Origin: an uncultured Prevotellaceae bacterium
GTDB lineage: Bacteria > Bacteroidota > Bacteroidia > Bacteroidales > Bacteroidaceae
Reading direction: 5' to 3'
DNA: 64,000 bases
NCBI GenBank assembly: GCA_937898415.1
Contig: CALDLA010000009.1
Coordinates: forward strand, 4,272-68,271
The notes under the pieces are model-generated. The model was not told where the DNA came from, did not search any database, and saw nothing but the letters and a program-made list of their open reading frames with translations. A program made the position numbers and the translations under genes. Of the stretch, positions 6,885-15,999 are shown piece by piece. Positions within the stretch are counted from its first letter, which is position 1. Each line of letters begins with the position of its first letter.

Positions 6885-8753
6885 TTACTTGAAAGGCAAG
6901 TACCAGTTGCGTTCGTCGAGCAGCGAAACGGCAGGCTGCTTGTAGGCTAACTTGGCGGCCAGCCAGCGGCTGCCGAAGTCGGAGCCATAAAGAGCGGCCT
7001 GATTCTTGTGACGGGCGATACGGGTAAGGTCGCCGTAGCGGCACCCCTCATAGGCCAGTTCAAGTGCCATTTCGTCGCAGATGATGTCCTCGACGGCATT
7101 GATGGTGTCGGCCATAGTGAACTGTGCGCCGGCAATGCCAAACTGGTCGTTCAGCTCAGCCAGTTTACGTCCTACGATAGTGTGGTACTGATAGGGCGAG
7201 AAAGCGCCCTGAGTGTAATAGACACCACGGCTATGGATAGACCAGTTGTCCTCGAACATGGTGAGATTCTCAGCCGACAGGAAAGGAACGGTGGTCTTCA
7301 GCATCGTCTCAGTCTCAGGACGGATATAGCGACCTGATGCCTGGTCGAGGCTGTCGCCGCGCATGACGTAGGAGAGGAGATCCTCGTTGATACCGTCCTT
7401 GAGGATGGCGAAGGCGGCATCAGGATAGCCCATGCGGTTGAGGGCCTCAGCCAGACGGAGGTAGACGGTGGCCGTGCGGTAGATGGGGATGTTGGCACTG
7501 GTGAACTTGGTCATGACGGCAAAGGTGGAGTCGTCCTTGCTAACCTGGCGCATGGTGTAATAACGGCGCAGGTCGCCCAGTTCAGCCGTCTTAACGACAG
7601 TGCTACCGCCGGAGGACGACGTGGGAGTATAGTAGTACTCCTGTGCGTCGGAAAGGGCGATGTAGGAGGGCGACGGGTCAATCTGACGCTCCAGAAGGTA
7701 GCGTGCGCTTGACGAAGCCGAACCGCCAGTGGTGCTGTAGAAGTCGTAACCGAAATAGCGTGGCAACTCGGTAACGGCTCCGCGCAAGTAGTTGGCAGCC
7801 ATGGGGATGTAGGTAATGATGTCGTTGGTGCTGGTGACGCTGAAAATGGTCGACCACTCAAAACTCGTATCAGAAGTGCGGAACGACATAGAAGTAGGAA
7901 TCTTGTCCTCCAGAATCTTTATGATAAAACTCTCTCTAGGGTCGGTGTATGCCTGACGGATACGCCACCGGTTGGTACGCAGGTAATTGAAGTAGTAACG
8001 TGCGGCCTGCTCGTACTGGTGAGTCTCAAGGAAGAGGTCGCCGAGGATGACGTCAACGGGAATCATGGCGTTCTTGGTCTGCACCTTCTTCTCCTGGGGA
8101 TTCTCAGAGTCACTGCTATTGAGTACACCGGCACTGGTCTCGCCATAGTCGGGGACGGGGGTACCGCTGAACTTGATGAGTTCGGGTGTCAGCGCGTCGC
8201 AAATGCCGCGCAGGTCCTTGGTCTCCATCTGGCTGTTGGCCTGTCCTATGCTGACCAATGGATCAGTGTAGAAGGGCACTTCACCGTAGTTCTTGCACAG
8301 CTGCAGATAGGCCCACGCACGGACAGCAAGGGCTTCAGCATACTCTGGGATAGCCACCAACCGGCTACCAGTGCGCAACGTGGTGTCGCGGTGGGCCAGG
8401 TAGTAGTTGCAGTTGTTGATGACGCGGTAATAGACGTAGGCCGAGTCGTACTTGTTGGTAGCGTCGGCGGTGAAGTTGGCCAGCCTCTGGAGGTCGGTCT
8501 CCGTATACATGTTGGTGGTCGTCAGGTCGCCGCGCATCTCGCCCGTCATGACATACTGGTCGGCCAGCAACTGCAGGCCCTTCAGTATGCCGAGTGTATA
8601 GAACATAGAGTCCGTCTTCTGGTCGAGTGCCGGGTCAAAAATCTGACGGTCGCTTTCGGTCTCGAACATATCCTCGCAGGAGGTGAAGATTGCGGCACCG
8701 CTGCAGCACAGCGAACAGGCGATAAGGTATTTTGTGATATTCTTTGTAATCAT
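6885..8753 (-). CDS. SusD/RagB-family lipoprotein
   Basis: 622 aa with a lipobox (...AAIFTSC-EDMFETESD). It sits immediately downstream of a SusC gene and has TPR-like SusD sequence character. Confidence 0.88.
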   Translation of the reverse strand: MITKNITKYLIACSLCCSGAAIFTSCEDMFETESDRQIFDPALDQKTDSMFYTLGILKGLQLLADQYVMTGEMRGDLTTTNMYTETDLQRLANFTADATNKYDSAYVYYRVINNCNYYLAHRDTTLRTGSRLVAIPEYAEALAVRAWAYLQLCKNYGEVPFYTDPLVSIGQANSQMETKDLRGICDALTPELIKFSGTPVPDYGETSAGVLNSSDSENPQEKKVQTKNAMIPVDVILGDLFLETHQYEQAARYYFNYLRTNRWRIRQAYTDPRESFIIKILEDKIPTSMSFRTSDTSFEWSTIFSVTSTNDIITYIPMAANYLRGAVTELPRYFGYDFYSTTGGSASSSARYLLERQIDPSPSYIALSDAQEYYYTPTSSSGGSTVVKTAELGDLRRYYTMRQVSKDDSTFAVMTKFTSANIPIYRTATVYLRLAEALNRMGYPDAAFAILKDGINEDLLSYVMRGDSLDQASGRYIRPETETMLKTTVPFLSAENLTMFEDNWSIHSRGVYYTQGAFSPYQYHTIVGRKLAELNDQFGIAGAQFTMADTINAVEDIICDEMALELAYEGCRYGDLTRIARHKNQAALYGSDFGSRWLAAKLAYKQPAVSLLDERNWYLPFK

Positions 8754-8766
8754 AATTTCTTATTCA

Positions 8767-11700
8767 TTAGAGGTTAATCTTGAGTCCCAATGTGAAGGTG
8801 CGTCCCAACGCTACATTGCCATTATCGATGCCTTGATAGAGGACGGCATTGGCCACCGACATTTCGGGATCGTTGCCTAAATAGCGGGTGATGGTCACAA
8901 GGTTGTTGGCCTCAGCCCAGATGCTGAGTCCCTGCAGCCAAGAGTAGTTGACAGGCACCTTGTAGGTGAGGTTCACGGTCTTGAGGCGCAGATAGCTGCC
9001 GTCCTCAATCCAGCGGTCGCTGAAACGGCTGTTGCCCATGGGGTCATTGTAGGAAATGCGGGGGATGTCAGTCTTCTGGCCGTCGGCACGCCAACGGTTG
9101 GTCATGGCCGTCGTCTGGTTGTAGAAGTTGAAGCCTCCCTCAATCAGGCTGCGCTGATAGTTGAAGATGTCGTTGCCCAGCGAGTAGTTGAAGCCTATGT
9201 GCAGGGTTAGGTTCTTCCAGTTGACGTTGGCGAAGATGTTACCATAGATGTCGGGGTTGGGATTGCCGATAATGGTCTTGTCAGCCTCACCGATGATGCC
9301 GTCGCCATTGATGTCAACGAAGTGGACATCGCCGGCCTTGAACTCCTGACGGGCACCAGTCTCGTCAATCAGGGCGAGGTAGCCTCCGCGTCCGGCAGCG
9401 GCAGCCTCCTGGTCGGTGGCAAACACGCCGTCAGTCTTGTAGCCGTAGAACACACCCACGGGCTGACCCACGATAGTGGCGATGTTGTCCTTGCCGTAGA
9501 TAGAGGAGGTGAAGCCCTGTGCGGTCTTCTCTCCACCTACGTACAGCTTGCTGTCGTTAGGCAGCGACTTGACCTTGTTGACGTAGTGTCCGGCACTGAC
9601 ACCCACCTCGACGTTCAGGCGGTTCATGACAACGGGCTTGGCCGTCACCGTCACCTCGAAGCCAGTATTGTCGAGCGATCCTCCATTGCTCCAGTAGCTG
9701 TTGATACCGGCAACAGGGTTCTCGAAGGTCTTCAGCGTCAGCAGGTTGCTAGTGTGGTTGAAATAGTAGTCGAAGTCAATGCCCAAGCGGTTGTTCAGCA
9801 TGTAAGCTCTCAGTCCCAGGTTCAGTTTGTTGGTCTGCTCCCAGGTGATGCTCTCATTGCCGATGTTGTCGAGTACGGCAGCCGTCGACTTATACAAGTA
9901 CTTGGTGACGTTGAACGACGTGCGGGCAGCGTTGCCCGAGATGTCGTCGTTACCCGAGATATCGTAGCCGGCCTTCAGCATCAAGTAGTTCAAGCCCTTC
10001 ACCTTGGGGAACCAGGCCTCGTTGGTGATGAGCCAGCCTAACTGCACATTGGGGAAGAGGCCCCACTTGACACCGCCGATGCTGATGCCGCCGTCGGCCT
10101 CCTCGCCAAAGCGGCTGCAGCTCTCGAGGGCTAACGACACCTGAGCGAAGTAGCGGTTGCGGTAGTTGTAGTCCACATTGCCGTACCACGTGAGGCTGCG
10201 CCACTCGTCATCGACGCCCGTGGCATCGACGAAGTCCATCTTCTCAGAGATGTTCGGAGTCTTGTCGTTACCTGCCGACGAGTACTGGCCTTCAGGCTGG
10301 TTATCGTCATAGGCAAACGAAGAATAGCGGATACCGGCAAAGGCATTGACATGGTGCTCACGCAGTTGCTTGGTCCACTCCAGACGAGTGTCGCTCATGA
10401 CGGCTGTCTCTTTCGAGAACATGGACATGGCCTTGTTCTGTACATAGCCCAGGCCGTCGATGAGGAAGGTAGGCATACCGTCCTTTGGGCGATAGTAGCG
10501 CTGGGATACGCGGTCGAGCGTATAGCTGAACACCTCGGTCAGCGTCAGGCTGTTATTGAACTCAAAACGCGGGGCAATCACCGTATTGAAGTGGGTCATC
10601 TCCACGCGGTTCTTATTGATAGCGTCACCGTTGGCAAGCAGGGCCGTGGGGTTACCTAATGTCAGGTCGCTGTCGAGCACGGTCAGGTAGTCATCGGCCT
10701 CAGCGAGGGTTGACGACAGCTTGCGCGTCACATTATTATAAGTATAGGGATTCAGGAACGGCGACTTGATGAGTGCCAAGAAGGTGGGCGAAGAGATGGT
10801 TCCCTCCGTTAGGCTGGAGGGAGCGCCGTTGTCGAATACGTCGCGGTTAATCTTGGCATACGACATGTCAAAACGGGTGGTGAGCCGGCTGATGATATTG
10901 ATGTCTGTGTTAAAGCGGACGTTCAGACGGTTGAAGCCGTTTCTGCGGGCAGTGCTCTGGCCATCGGTATAGCCTAACGAAAGGTTGTACATACCTACAT
11001 CGTCGCCACCCTGCACGTTGATGTTGTAGTTCTGGGTCATGGCCGTGTGGTAGACCTCATCCTTCCAGTCAGTACTGTTATGGTACTTGGCATAGTAGTA
11101 TTTCGACGGATCGTCGATGAGGAACTTGAAGGTCAGGGGGTCTGTGTAGTTCGATATGTCGGGGTAGGTACCTAACATTTCCGTAGCATAAACCCTGTAC
11201 TGGGCAGCGTCCATCATATCCGGCAGACGGGGCTTCAGGACGACACCCACGCCGATGTTGGCGTCGATGCGGGTAGCCATGCTATGACCGCGCTTCGTCG
11301 AGATAAGGATGACGCCGGCAGCGCCCTTGGCTCCGTAGAGAGCCGTGGCGTTCTTCAGCACGGTGACCTTCTCAATATCCTCGGGATTGATGTTGAGCAT
11401 CAGGTTGGTGTAGTCGCCGTCATGCAGGGCGATACGGGTCTGCTGCATGTCCTGGACGACGCCATCGACGACAATCAGCGGCTGGGCATTGGAGGTCAGT
11501 GAATTGAGACCGCGCACAAACATGGCCGAGCCGTATCCGGGACCTCCGGAGCGTGAGATGCTGCGGACATCGGCACCCAACGACCCCTCGATGTCGGTCT
11601 CGACGGTCTGAGAGGTGGTGTTGACAATGTTGGTCTCGGCCTGGGCACCAATGGTATTGGACTTGCCGTACATGGGGCGGAACTTGTCGCTCAGCATCTC

Positions 11701-12096
11701 TATGTTACCGACGGTTCCCTTCGGGCCAATGGCTACCTGCTGACTCAGAAACTCGGGGGCATGAATGTAGAGGGCCGTTGTGAACTCGGGAACCTTGATG
11801 ACGAACGTTCCGTCCTCGCCGGTCATGGCCGTATAATTGATGTCGTTGAGTGCCTGCACCATGATACCGGCCAGGGGCTTCTTGGTAGCGGCATCGATGC
11901 AGACGCCGGAAATCTCCACGGTCGGGTAAGTCGGTAGCTTGACCACAGGTTTCTTGACAACCTTAGCGGCGGTTACGTCATCATCGTCATCGTCCTGCGC
12001 AAAGCCCGGCAGCGTGCCAATAGCCAACAGACAACAGCCCATCACCGTGATTTTGCAGGTTCGCTTGCTTATCATTGATATCGTATTCATCTTCAA
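8767..12096 (-). CDS. SusC/RagA-family TonB-dependent OM transporter
   Basis: 1109 aa with a carboxypeptidase-regulatory-like N-domain, a plug (FVRGLNSLTSNAQPLIVVDGV) and a C-terminal ...FTLGLKINL. Confidence 0.92.
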   Translation of the reverse strand: MKMNTISMISKRTCKITVMGCCLLAIGTLPGFAQDDDDDDVTAAKVVKKPVVKLPTYPTVEISGVCIDAATKKPLAGIMVQALNDINYTAMTGEDGTFVIKVPEFTTALYIHAPEFLSQQVAIGPKGTVGNIEMLSDKFRPMYGKSNTIGAQAETNIVNTTSQTVETDIEGSLGADVRSISRSGGPGYGSAMFVRGLNSLTSNAQPLIVVDGVVQDMQQTRIALHDGDYTNLMLNINPEDIEKVTVLKNATALYGAKGAAGVILISTKRGHSMATRIDANIGVGVVLKPRLPDMMDAAQYRVYATEMLGTYPDISNYTDPLTFKFLIDDPSKYYYAKYHNSTDWKDEVYHTAMTQNYNINVQGGDDVGMYNLSLGYTDGQSTARRNGFNRLNVRFNTDINIISRLTTRFDMSYAKINRDVFDNGAPSSLTEGTISSPTFLALIKSPFLNPYTYNNVTRKLSSTLAEADDYLTVLDSDLTLGNPTALLANGDAINKNRVEMTHFNTVIAPRFEFNNSLTLTEVFSYTLDRVSQRYYRPKDGMPTFLIDGLGYVQNKAMSMFSKETAVMSDTRLEWTKQLREHHVNAFAGIRYSSFAYDDNQPEGQYSSAGNDKTPNISEKMDFVDATGVDDEWRSLTWYGNVDYNYRNRYFAQVSLALESCSRFGEEADGGISIGGVKWGLFPNVQLGWLITNEAWFPKVKGLNYLMLKAGYDISGNDDISGNAARTSFNVTKYLYKSTAAVLDNIGNESITWEQTNKLNLGLRAYMLNNRLGIDFDYYFNHTSNLLTLKTFENPVAGINSYWSNGGSLDNTGFEVTVTAKPVVMNRLNVEVGVSAGHYVNKVKSLPNDSKLYVGGEKTAQGFTSSIYGKDNIATIVGQPVGVFYGYKTDGVFATDQEAAAAGRGGYLALIDETGARQEFKAGDVHFVDINGDGIIGEADKTIIGNPNPDIYGNIFANVNWKNLTLHIGFNYSLGNDIFNYQRSLIEGGFNFYNQTTAMTNRWRADGQKTDIPRISYNDPMGNSRFSDRWIEDGSYLRLKTVNLTYKVPVNYSWLQGLSIWAEANNLVTITRYLGNDPEMSVANAVLYQGIDNGNVALGRTFTLGLKINL

Positions 12097-12123
12097 TACT
12101 TTTTATAGTTTGCATTTATTTGG

Positions 12124-13851
12124 TCATTCTCCCTTATCGTACTTGTAATCGGGGTACTCCTTCAAGTAATCGTCAAGCTCCTTGGGCCGCAAGATGATGC
12201 AGTCGATGCGTAACGTGCGGTCGTAGTTCAGACGATCACGGTTAGTGACGCTGCTGCTGACACGCAGGTAGGGGTAGTAGTTACCCGTTCCGGCGTAGGC
12301 CATCGGGAAGGTGAAGTCACCAAGATAGATGGTGTCAATCTTGGTGGTATCGCTGACGAAGTTCGACTCTGCCACCCACTTACGGTTGCTATCGTCGTTG
12401 ATGCCCGACGCATCAGCATAGCCCATCGACACGCTGAAGCGGTTGGGTTTGTTGGTACCCACCGTGCTGGTGATGTGGGGAGGAACGATGACGATGTAGA
12501 TGCTATAGGTCGTAGAGCGGACATCGGGCAGGTAGTAGTCCACTTCGGGGTTGACGTTCGAACTGGCAGGCTGCGCTTCGAGGTAGACATCCTTAGAGAG
12601 GCGTCCGGAAATCTCGGGGTTCTGGTTCTCACCCACGACGGTGACACGCTGCACGGGTTCATACACATTATTCGTATTGGCGAGATACTGCGACGTTTCG
12701 CCCTCGACCACGATTTCCGGGTTCCAGAACAGCCAAGGCTGCATGCGGAGGCTGTCGGTAATCCAAGCGATACCGTTACTGCAAGTGTAACGTGTGGCAC
12801 CATGAAGCAGCGATGCAGCATCCTCGGAATACACCTTCCTACGGAGGGTACTGTAAAGGGAGTCGCACTGCAGGGTCTCGCCCGTATTCAGCGTCTTCAG
12901 CTTCTTGTTGTCATAGAGGTTGTTGTTGTAATACAGGTTTGCAGTCAACATGCGGTTGACCATAGAGTCCTGCAGATACTGGACATCGGCTATCTCAACT
13001 TTCGTCTTCAGCTTAGTCGCCAAATCCTCAATGAACTCGAACGAGGGCACGTAGTGGAAGTACTGGCTGACCTTCTCCTTAGCCTTGGTCCACGCATCGT
13101 TGGTGGGGATAATCATCGAGTAATTACTGTCCTCGCGGTTGATGTAGGCATAGTAGTCAGCGAAGAGATCATTGTGCTCATCGAAGACGGAGTCCAGATA
13201 GGTGATCTCACCGTTCACGGTGGGTCCCTGAACACTCTTATACTCGTTCAGTTTCTTTACGTCGTAACTGTGATAGAAGTTGCTGATGGAGTCGATGGGG
13301 AATTCGTTGGCATTCAGCGACTCATAAATATTCTGCACAAACGGGATCTTGCCACCCAACAGGTGGATGGTGCCGTTTTCCGACGCCAGGTTGGGACGCA
13401 CCACGCTGATCCCCTGCATATCGTAGTACAGGTCTCCATTGAAGTGCGCCAGCTTCTCGTTAAGCGTGTAGATGGGCAGGTTGTCAAGTACACCCGAAGC
13501 GGGATAGTTACTGCGGGCTATGTGGTTCTCGATGAATTCCCTGCGCAGCCGTTCGTCACTAAAGGCGTTTACCGTCTCATAGTCGAAACTGCCGTTGACC
13601 GGCGCCCAGACGGTGTAGGTCTGCGACGCGTTGAGGACAGCATCATAGTCCACCTTCTTCAGCAGCGATGCAAACTGCGAGAGGTTGTCGGTATTGGCAA
13701 TGTTCTCCCAAAGCGTGGACTGCTGAGTGTCCAACAGTTCCGAGTTGGCATCGTAGTGGTCATCCCAGTCGGCACAGCCGTCGAAAGCTGTGGCACCGCC
13801 ACAGCACAACGAACAGGCGATGAGATATTTGGTTATATTCTTGCTATTCAT
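12124..13851 (-). CDS. fasciclin (FAS1) domain lipoprotein
   Basis: 575 aa with a lipobox (GC-ADWDDHYD) and the FAS1 motif YTVWAPVNGSF ... GTIHLLGG. Confidence 0.78.
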   Translation of the reverse strand: MNSKNITKYLIACSLCCGGATAFDGCADWDDHYDANSELLDTQQSTLWENIANTDNLSQFASLLKKVDYDAVLNASQTYTVWAPVNGSFDYETVNAFSDERLRREFIENHIARSNYPASGVLDNLPIYTLNEKLAHFNGDLYYDMQGISVVRPNLASENGTIHLLGGKIPFVQNIYESLNANEFPIDSISNFYHSYDVKKLNEYKSVQGPTVNGEITYLDSVFDEHNDLFADYYAYINREDSNYSMIIPTNDAWTKAKEKVSQYFHYVPSFEFIEDLATKLKTKVEIADVQYLQDSMVNRMLTANLYYNNNLYDNKKLKTLNTGETLQCDSLYSTLRRKVYSEDAASLLHGATRYTCSNGIAWITDSLRMQPWLFWNPEIVVEGETSQYLANTNNVYEPVQRVTVVGENQNPEISGRLSKDVYLEAQPASSNVNPEVDYYLPDVRSTTYSIYIVIVPPHITSTVGTNKPNRFSVSMGYADASGINDDSNRKWVAESNFVSDTTKIDTIYLGDFTFPMAYAGTGNYYPYLRVSSSVTNRDRLNYDRTLRIDCIILRPKELDDYLKEYPDYKYDKGE

Positions 13852-13855
13852 AATC

Positions 13856-13890
13856 TTCAGTTTTCAATGTTCAATCTTCAATTTCCAATC
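13856..13890. repeat. heptamer array TTCARTN x5 filling an intercistronic spacer
   Basis: TTCAGTT TTCAATG TTCAATC TTCAATT TCCAATC. In the mRNA sense this is GATTGGA AATTGAA GATTGAA CATTGAA AACTGAA, followed by GATT and then the ATG. Confidence 0.85.
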
Positions 13891-15984
13891 TTAGTACATG
13901 TCCTCCACGTAGCGGGTGTTGTTATAGACGTTCTCCGGACAGAACTCGATATAGTCCAGGTGGAACTCGCCCTGTGGATTCTCAATCACACTCTTACAGC
14001 GTACCCAGTAATCGCCCTGCTTAAACTCCTGGCGTGCGACGATACGGCGCAAGTCCTTGGGGTTGTTGCGGGCATAGCTACCAGAGTTGACGCCGACGGT
14101 ATAATAAAGAGGTCCGCGCATGTAACCGAGGTTACGCATGTTGGCGTCGCTCTCAATACCGCTGTCATCAAGCTTGGTCCAGTCGCACCAGCCCGTCACA
14201 GCGTCGGGCGTCAGGTTACTGTTGTTGGCAGGAATGTGACGCATGTCAAGAGGAATGTCAAGCGCCTTCATCGTTGTCAGGTCAGAACTGCTGCCGAGGT
14301 AGAACTGCAGCATGCCTCGCTGAGGATCCTCAGCGGTATAACCCACGCGCAGTTCGTAGGTGCCATCGGGTACCGGCGGCAGACGGAAGGAGAAGTCATA
14401 GTTACCCATGCAGTTAAACTCGTCCTCCTGATAGTTGCTCCAGCTGCTGCCGCGACCCGGGAAGTAGTAGAAGCGGGTGTCCTCGCCGTTATAGATGGCC
14501 AGGTTCTTGAAGAACTTCGGTGGGAAGCGGATGTAGTCACAGTTAGCGTGACGTCCGTCTGTACCCTGAAGACCACCGTTGAGGGCTTTCACCTGTGAAT
14601 AGGATATCCAGCGGAACGAGTTGGACATCATCTCGCCGAAGATGGCGGTATCGTCAATACGGATGCGCTCGTTCAGGGCGCCGCGCGGCACCTTGCTGTC
14701 ATAGACGAGGATATCGTTCACTGGATGGATATAGCCGTTAAGCGAGGATATCTGAGAGCTGGAGCCCTTCAGGTCGATACCTTCGAACAAGACGGAATGC
14801 ATACCGGCCGTGCCAAGTTCGGCCACCATGTCGGTGAGCGAGTTGTTGGCTATCCAACGGTTGATATAGAGTTTACTGCTATTTCTCGTAATCTTAAGCA
14901 TCGTGTAGGGCAACATAGTCTCGTAATACTCCACAAGCGTGACCTTGGAAATCTGGTTGCTGGAGATGACGAGCTTGTCGTAGGGAATCTTGTATTCCAG
15001 GATATGATAGCGCAGGAACATGTTCAGGGTGTTCCACGGGTTTGCATAGTCTGTCTCGGTGCTCACCTTGATGTCATGATTACGGGCATAGTCATACCAG
15101 CCTGCATCCTTGTCAGCACAATGGCCGTACACCTCGTTGGCATAGGCCTTCAGGTCTTCAATGTTGTTGATTCCCTTATCGGCCAGGGCCTGGTCGGTCT
15201 CGGGGAAGATGGTGTAGCCCAGCTCGCACTTTTCAGGGGTGTAAAACTTACGTTTGTTGTCCACTTGCCCCACATCGGTAGTGCTGACGGCATTCAGCGA
15301 GTCGGCGAGTCCCGTCAGTTTCAAGGCCTGCGTGAAGATGGTGAACAGGTCGGGATGGCTGTCCAGCTCACCGGCAATCAGCATGTTCGAACGGAGGATG
15401 ACATGGTCTATCTCATGCAGGACGCCGTTCTCCAACTCGTTGTCCATGCTGGTGATGGTGGACGCACGGCTAACGACCAGTGCTCCTGACTCCGGGTCGA
15501 TACTGGTGTTGATATCACGACCCAGCATGGTCTTGATGGTCATGCCATTGCCCATGTCGACACCCATCATCTCTGTGGACAACAGGTGGAACAAGGCAAT
15601 GTCTTCGCAGAGCGAGTCGGTAAGACCCTCCAGGCTCTTGGCCGTCATGCCGTTATGGGGGAAGTCTACGTTGACGGGGTCGTCATACAGACTGTCGATG
15701 TAAGCTTGAACGGCATCGTTATCCGGAGCAAAGCAGGTGTAGGTGCCGTAGGCGGAAAGGATCTTGTCGTAGCCAATTCTCGACAGGATGTAATTGAAGC
15801 TGCTGAAGCGGTCGCTACGGTTCACCAGATAGTCCTCAATCGTCTCACCCGTAAATGTATAAAGGTTCGATTCGTCAATGTCTTCCTTACAGGAGACAAA
15901 CGGTGAGAAGATGGCGGCTGTACCGCAGAACAACAGCCCCTTCACAATGTATTTCTTTATCTTCGTATTCATAATCTTATGCAA
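13891..15984 (-). CDS. fasciclin (FAS1) domain lipoprotein
   Basis: 697 aa with a lipobox (VSC-KEDIDESN) and the FAS1 motif YTCFAPDNDAVQAYI. Confidence 0.78.
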   Translation of the reverse strand: MHKIMNTKIKKYIVKGLLFCGTAAIFSPFVSCKEDIDESNLYTFTGETIEDYLVNRSDRFSSFNYILSRIGYDKILSAYGTYTCFAPDNDAVQAYIDSLYDDPVNVDFPHNGMTAKSLEGLTDSLCEDIALFHLLSTEMMGVDMGNGMTIKTMLGRDINTSIDPESGALVVSRASTITSMDNELENGVLHEIDHVILRSNMLIAGELDSHPDLFTIFTQALKLTGLADSLNAVSTTDVGQVDNKRKFYTPEKCELGYTIFPETDQALADKGINNIEDLKAYANEVYGHCADKDAGWYDYARNHDIKVSTETDYANPWNTLNMFLRYHILEYKIPYDKLVISSNQISKVTLVEYYETMLPYTMLKITRNSSKLYINRWIANNSLTDMVAELGTAGMHSVLFEGIDLKGSSSQISSLNGYIHPVNDILVYDSKVPRGALNERIRIDDTAIFGEMMSNSFRWISYSQVKALNGGLQGTDGRHANCDYIRFPPKFFKNLAIYNGEDTRFYYFPGRGSSWSNYQEDEFNCMGNYDFSFRLPPVPDGTYELRVGYTAEDPQRGMLQFYLGSSSDLTTMKALDIPLDMRHIPANNSNLTPDAVTGWCDWTKLDDSGIESDANMRNLGYMRGPLYYTVGVNSGSYARNNPKDLRRIVARQEFKQGDYWVRCKSVIENPQGEFHLDYIEFCPENVYNNTRYVEDMY

Positions 15985-15999
15985 TTTCTGTGATAACGA

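Noticed and set aside
8767-12096. Poly-Asp tract (AQDDDDDDV) after the SusC signal peptide as a special feature
   Set aside because: It is a short acidic linker after the signal cleavage site. I see no reason to treat it as more than a low-complexity spacer.
12475-14598. 707-aa plus-strand ORF spanning two fasciclin genes and their spacer
   Set aside because: It is antisense to two well-supported lipoprotein genes. The sequence is low-complexity, Val/Gly/Arg-rich and has no recognisable motifs, as expected for antisense frames of GC-rich-third-position genes. It has no promoter or start-codon context.
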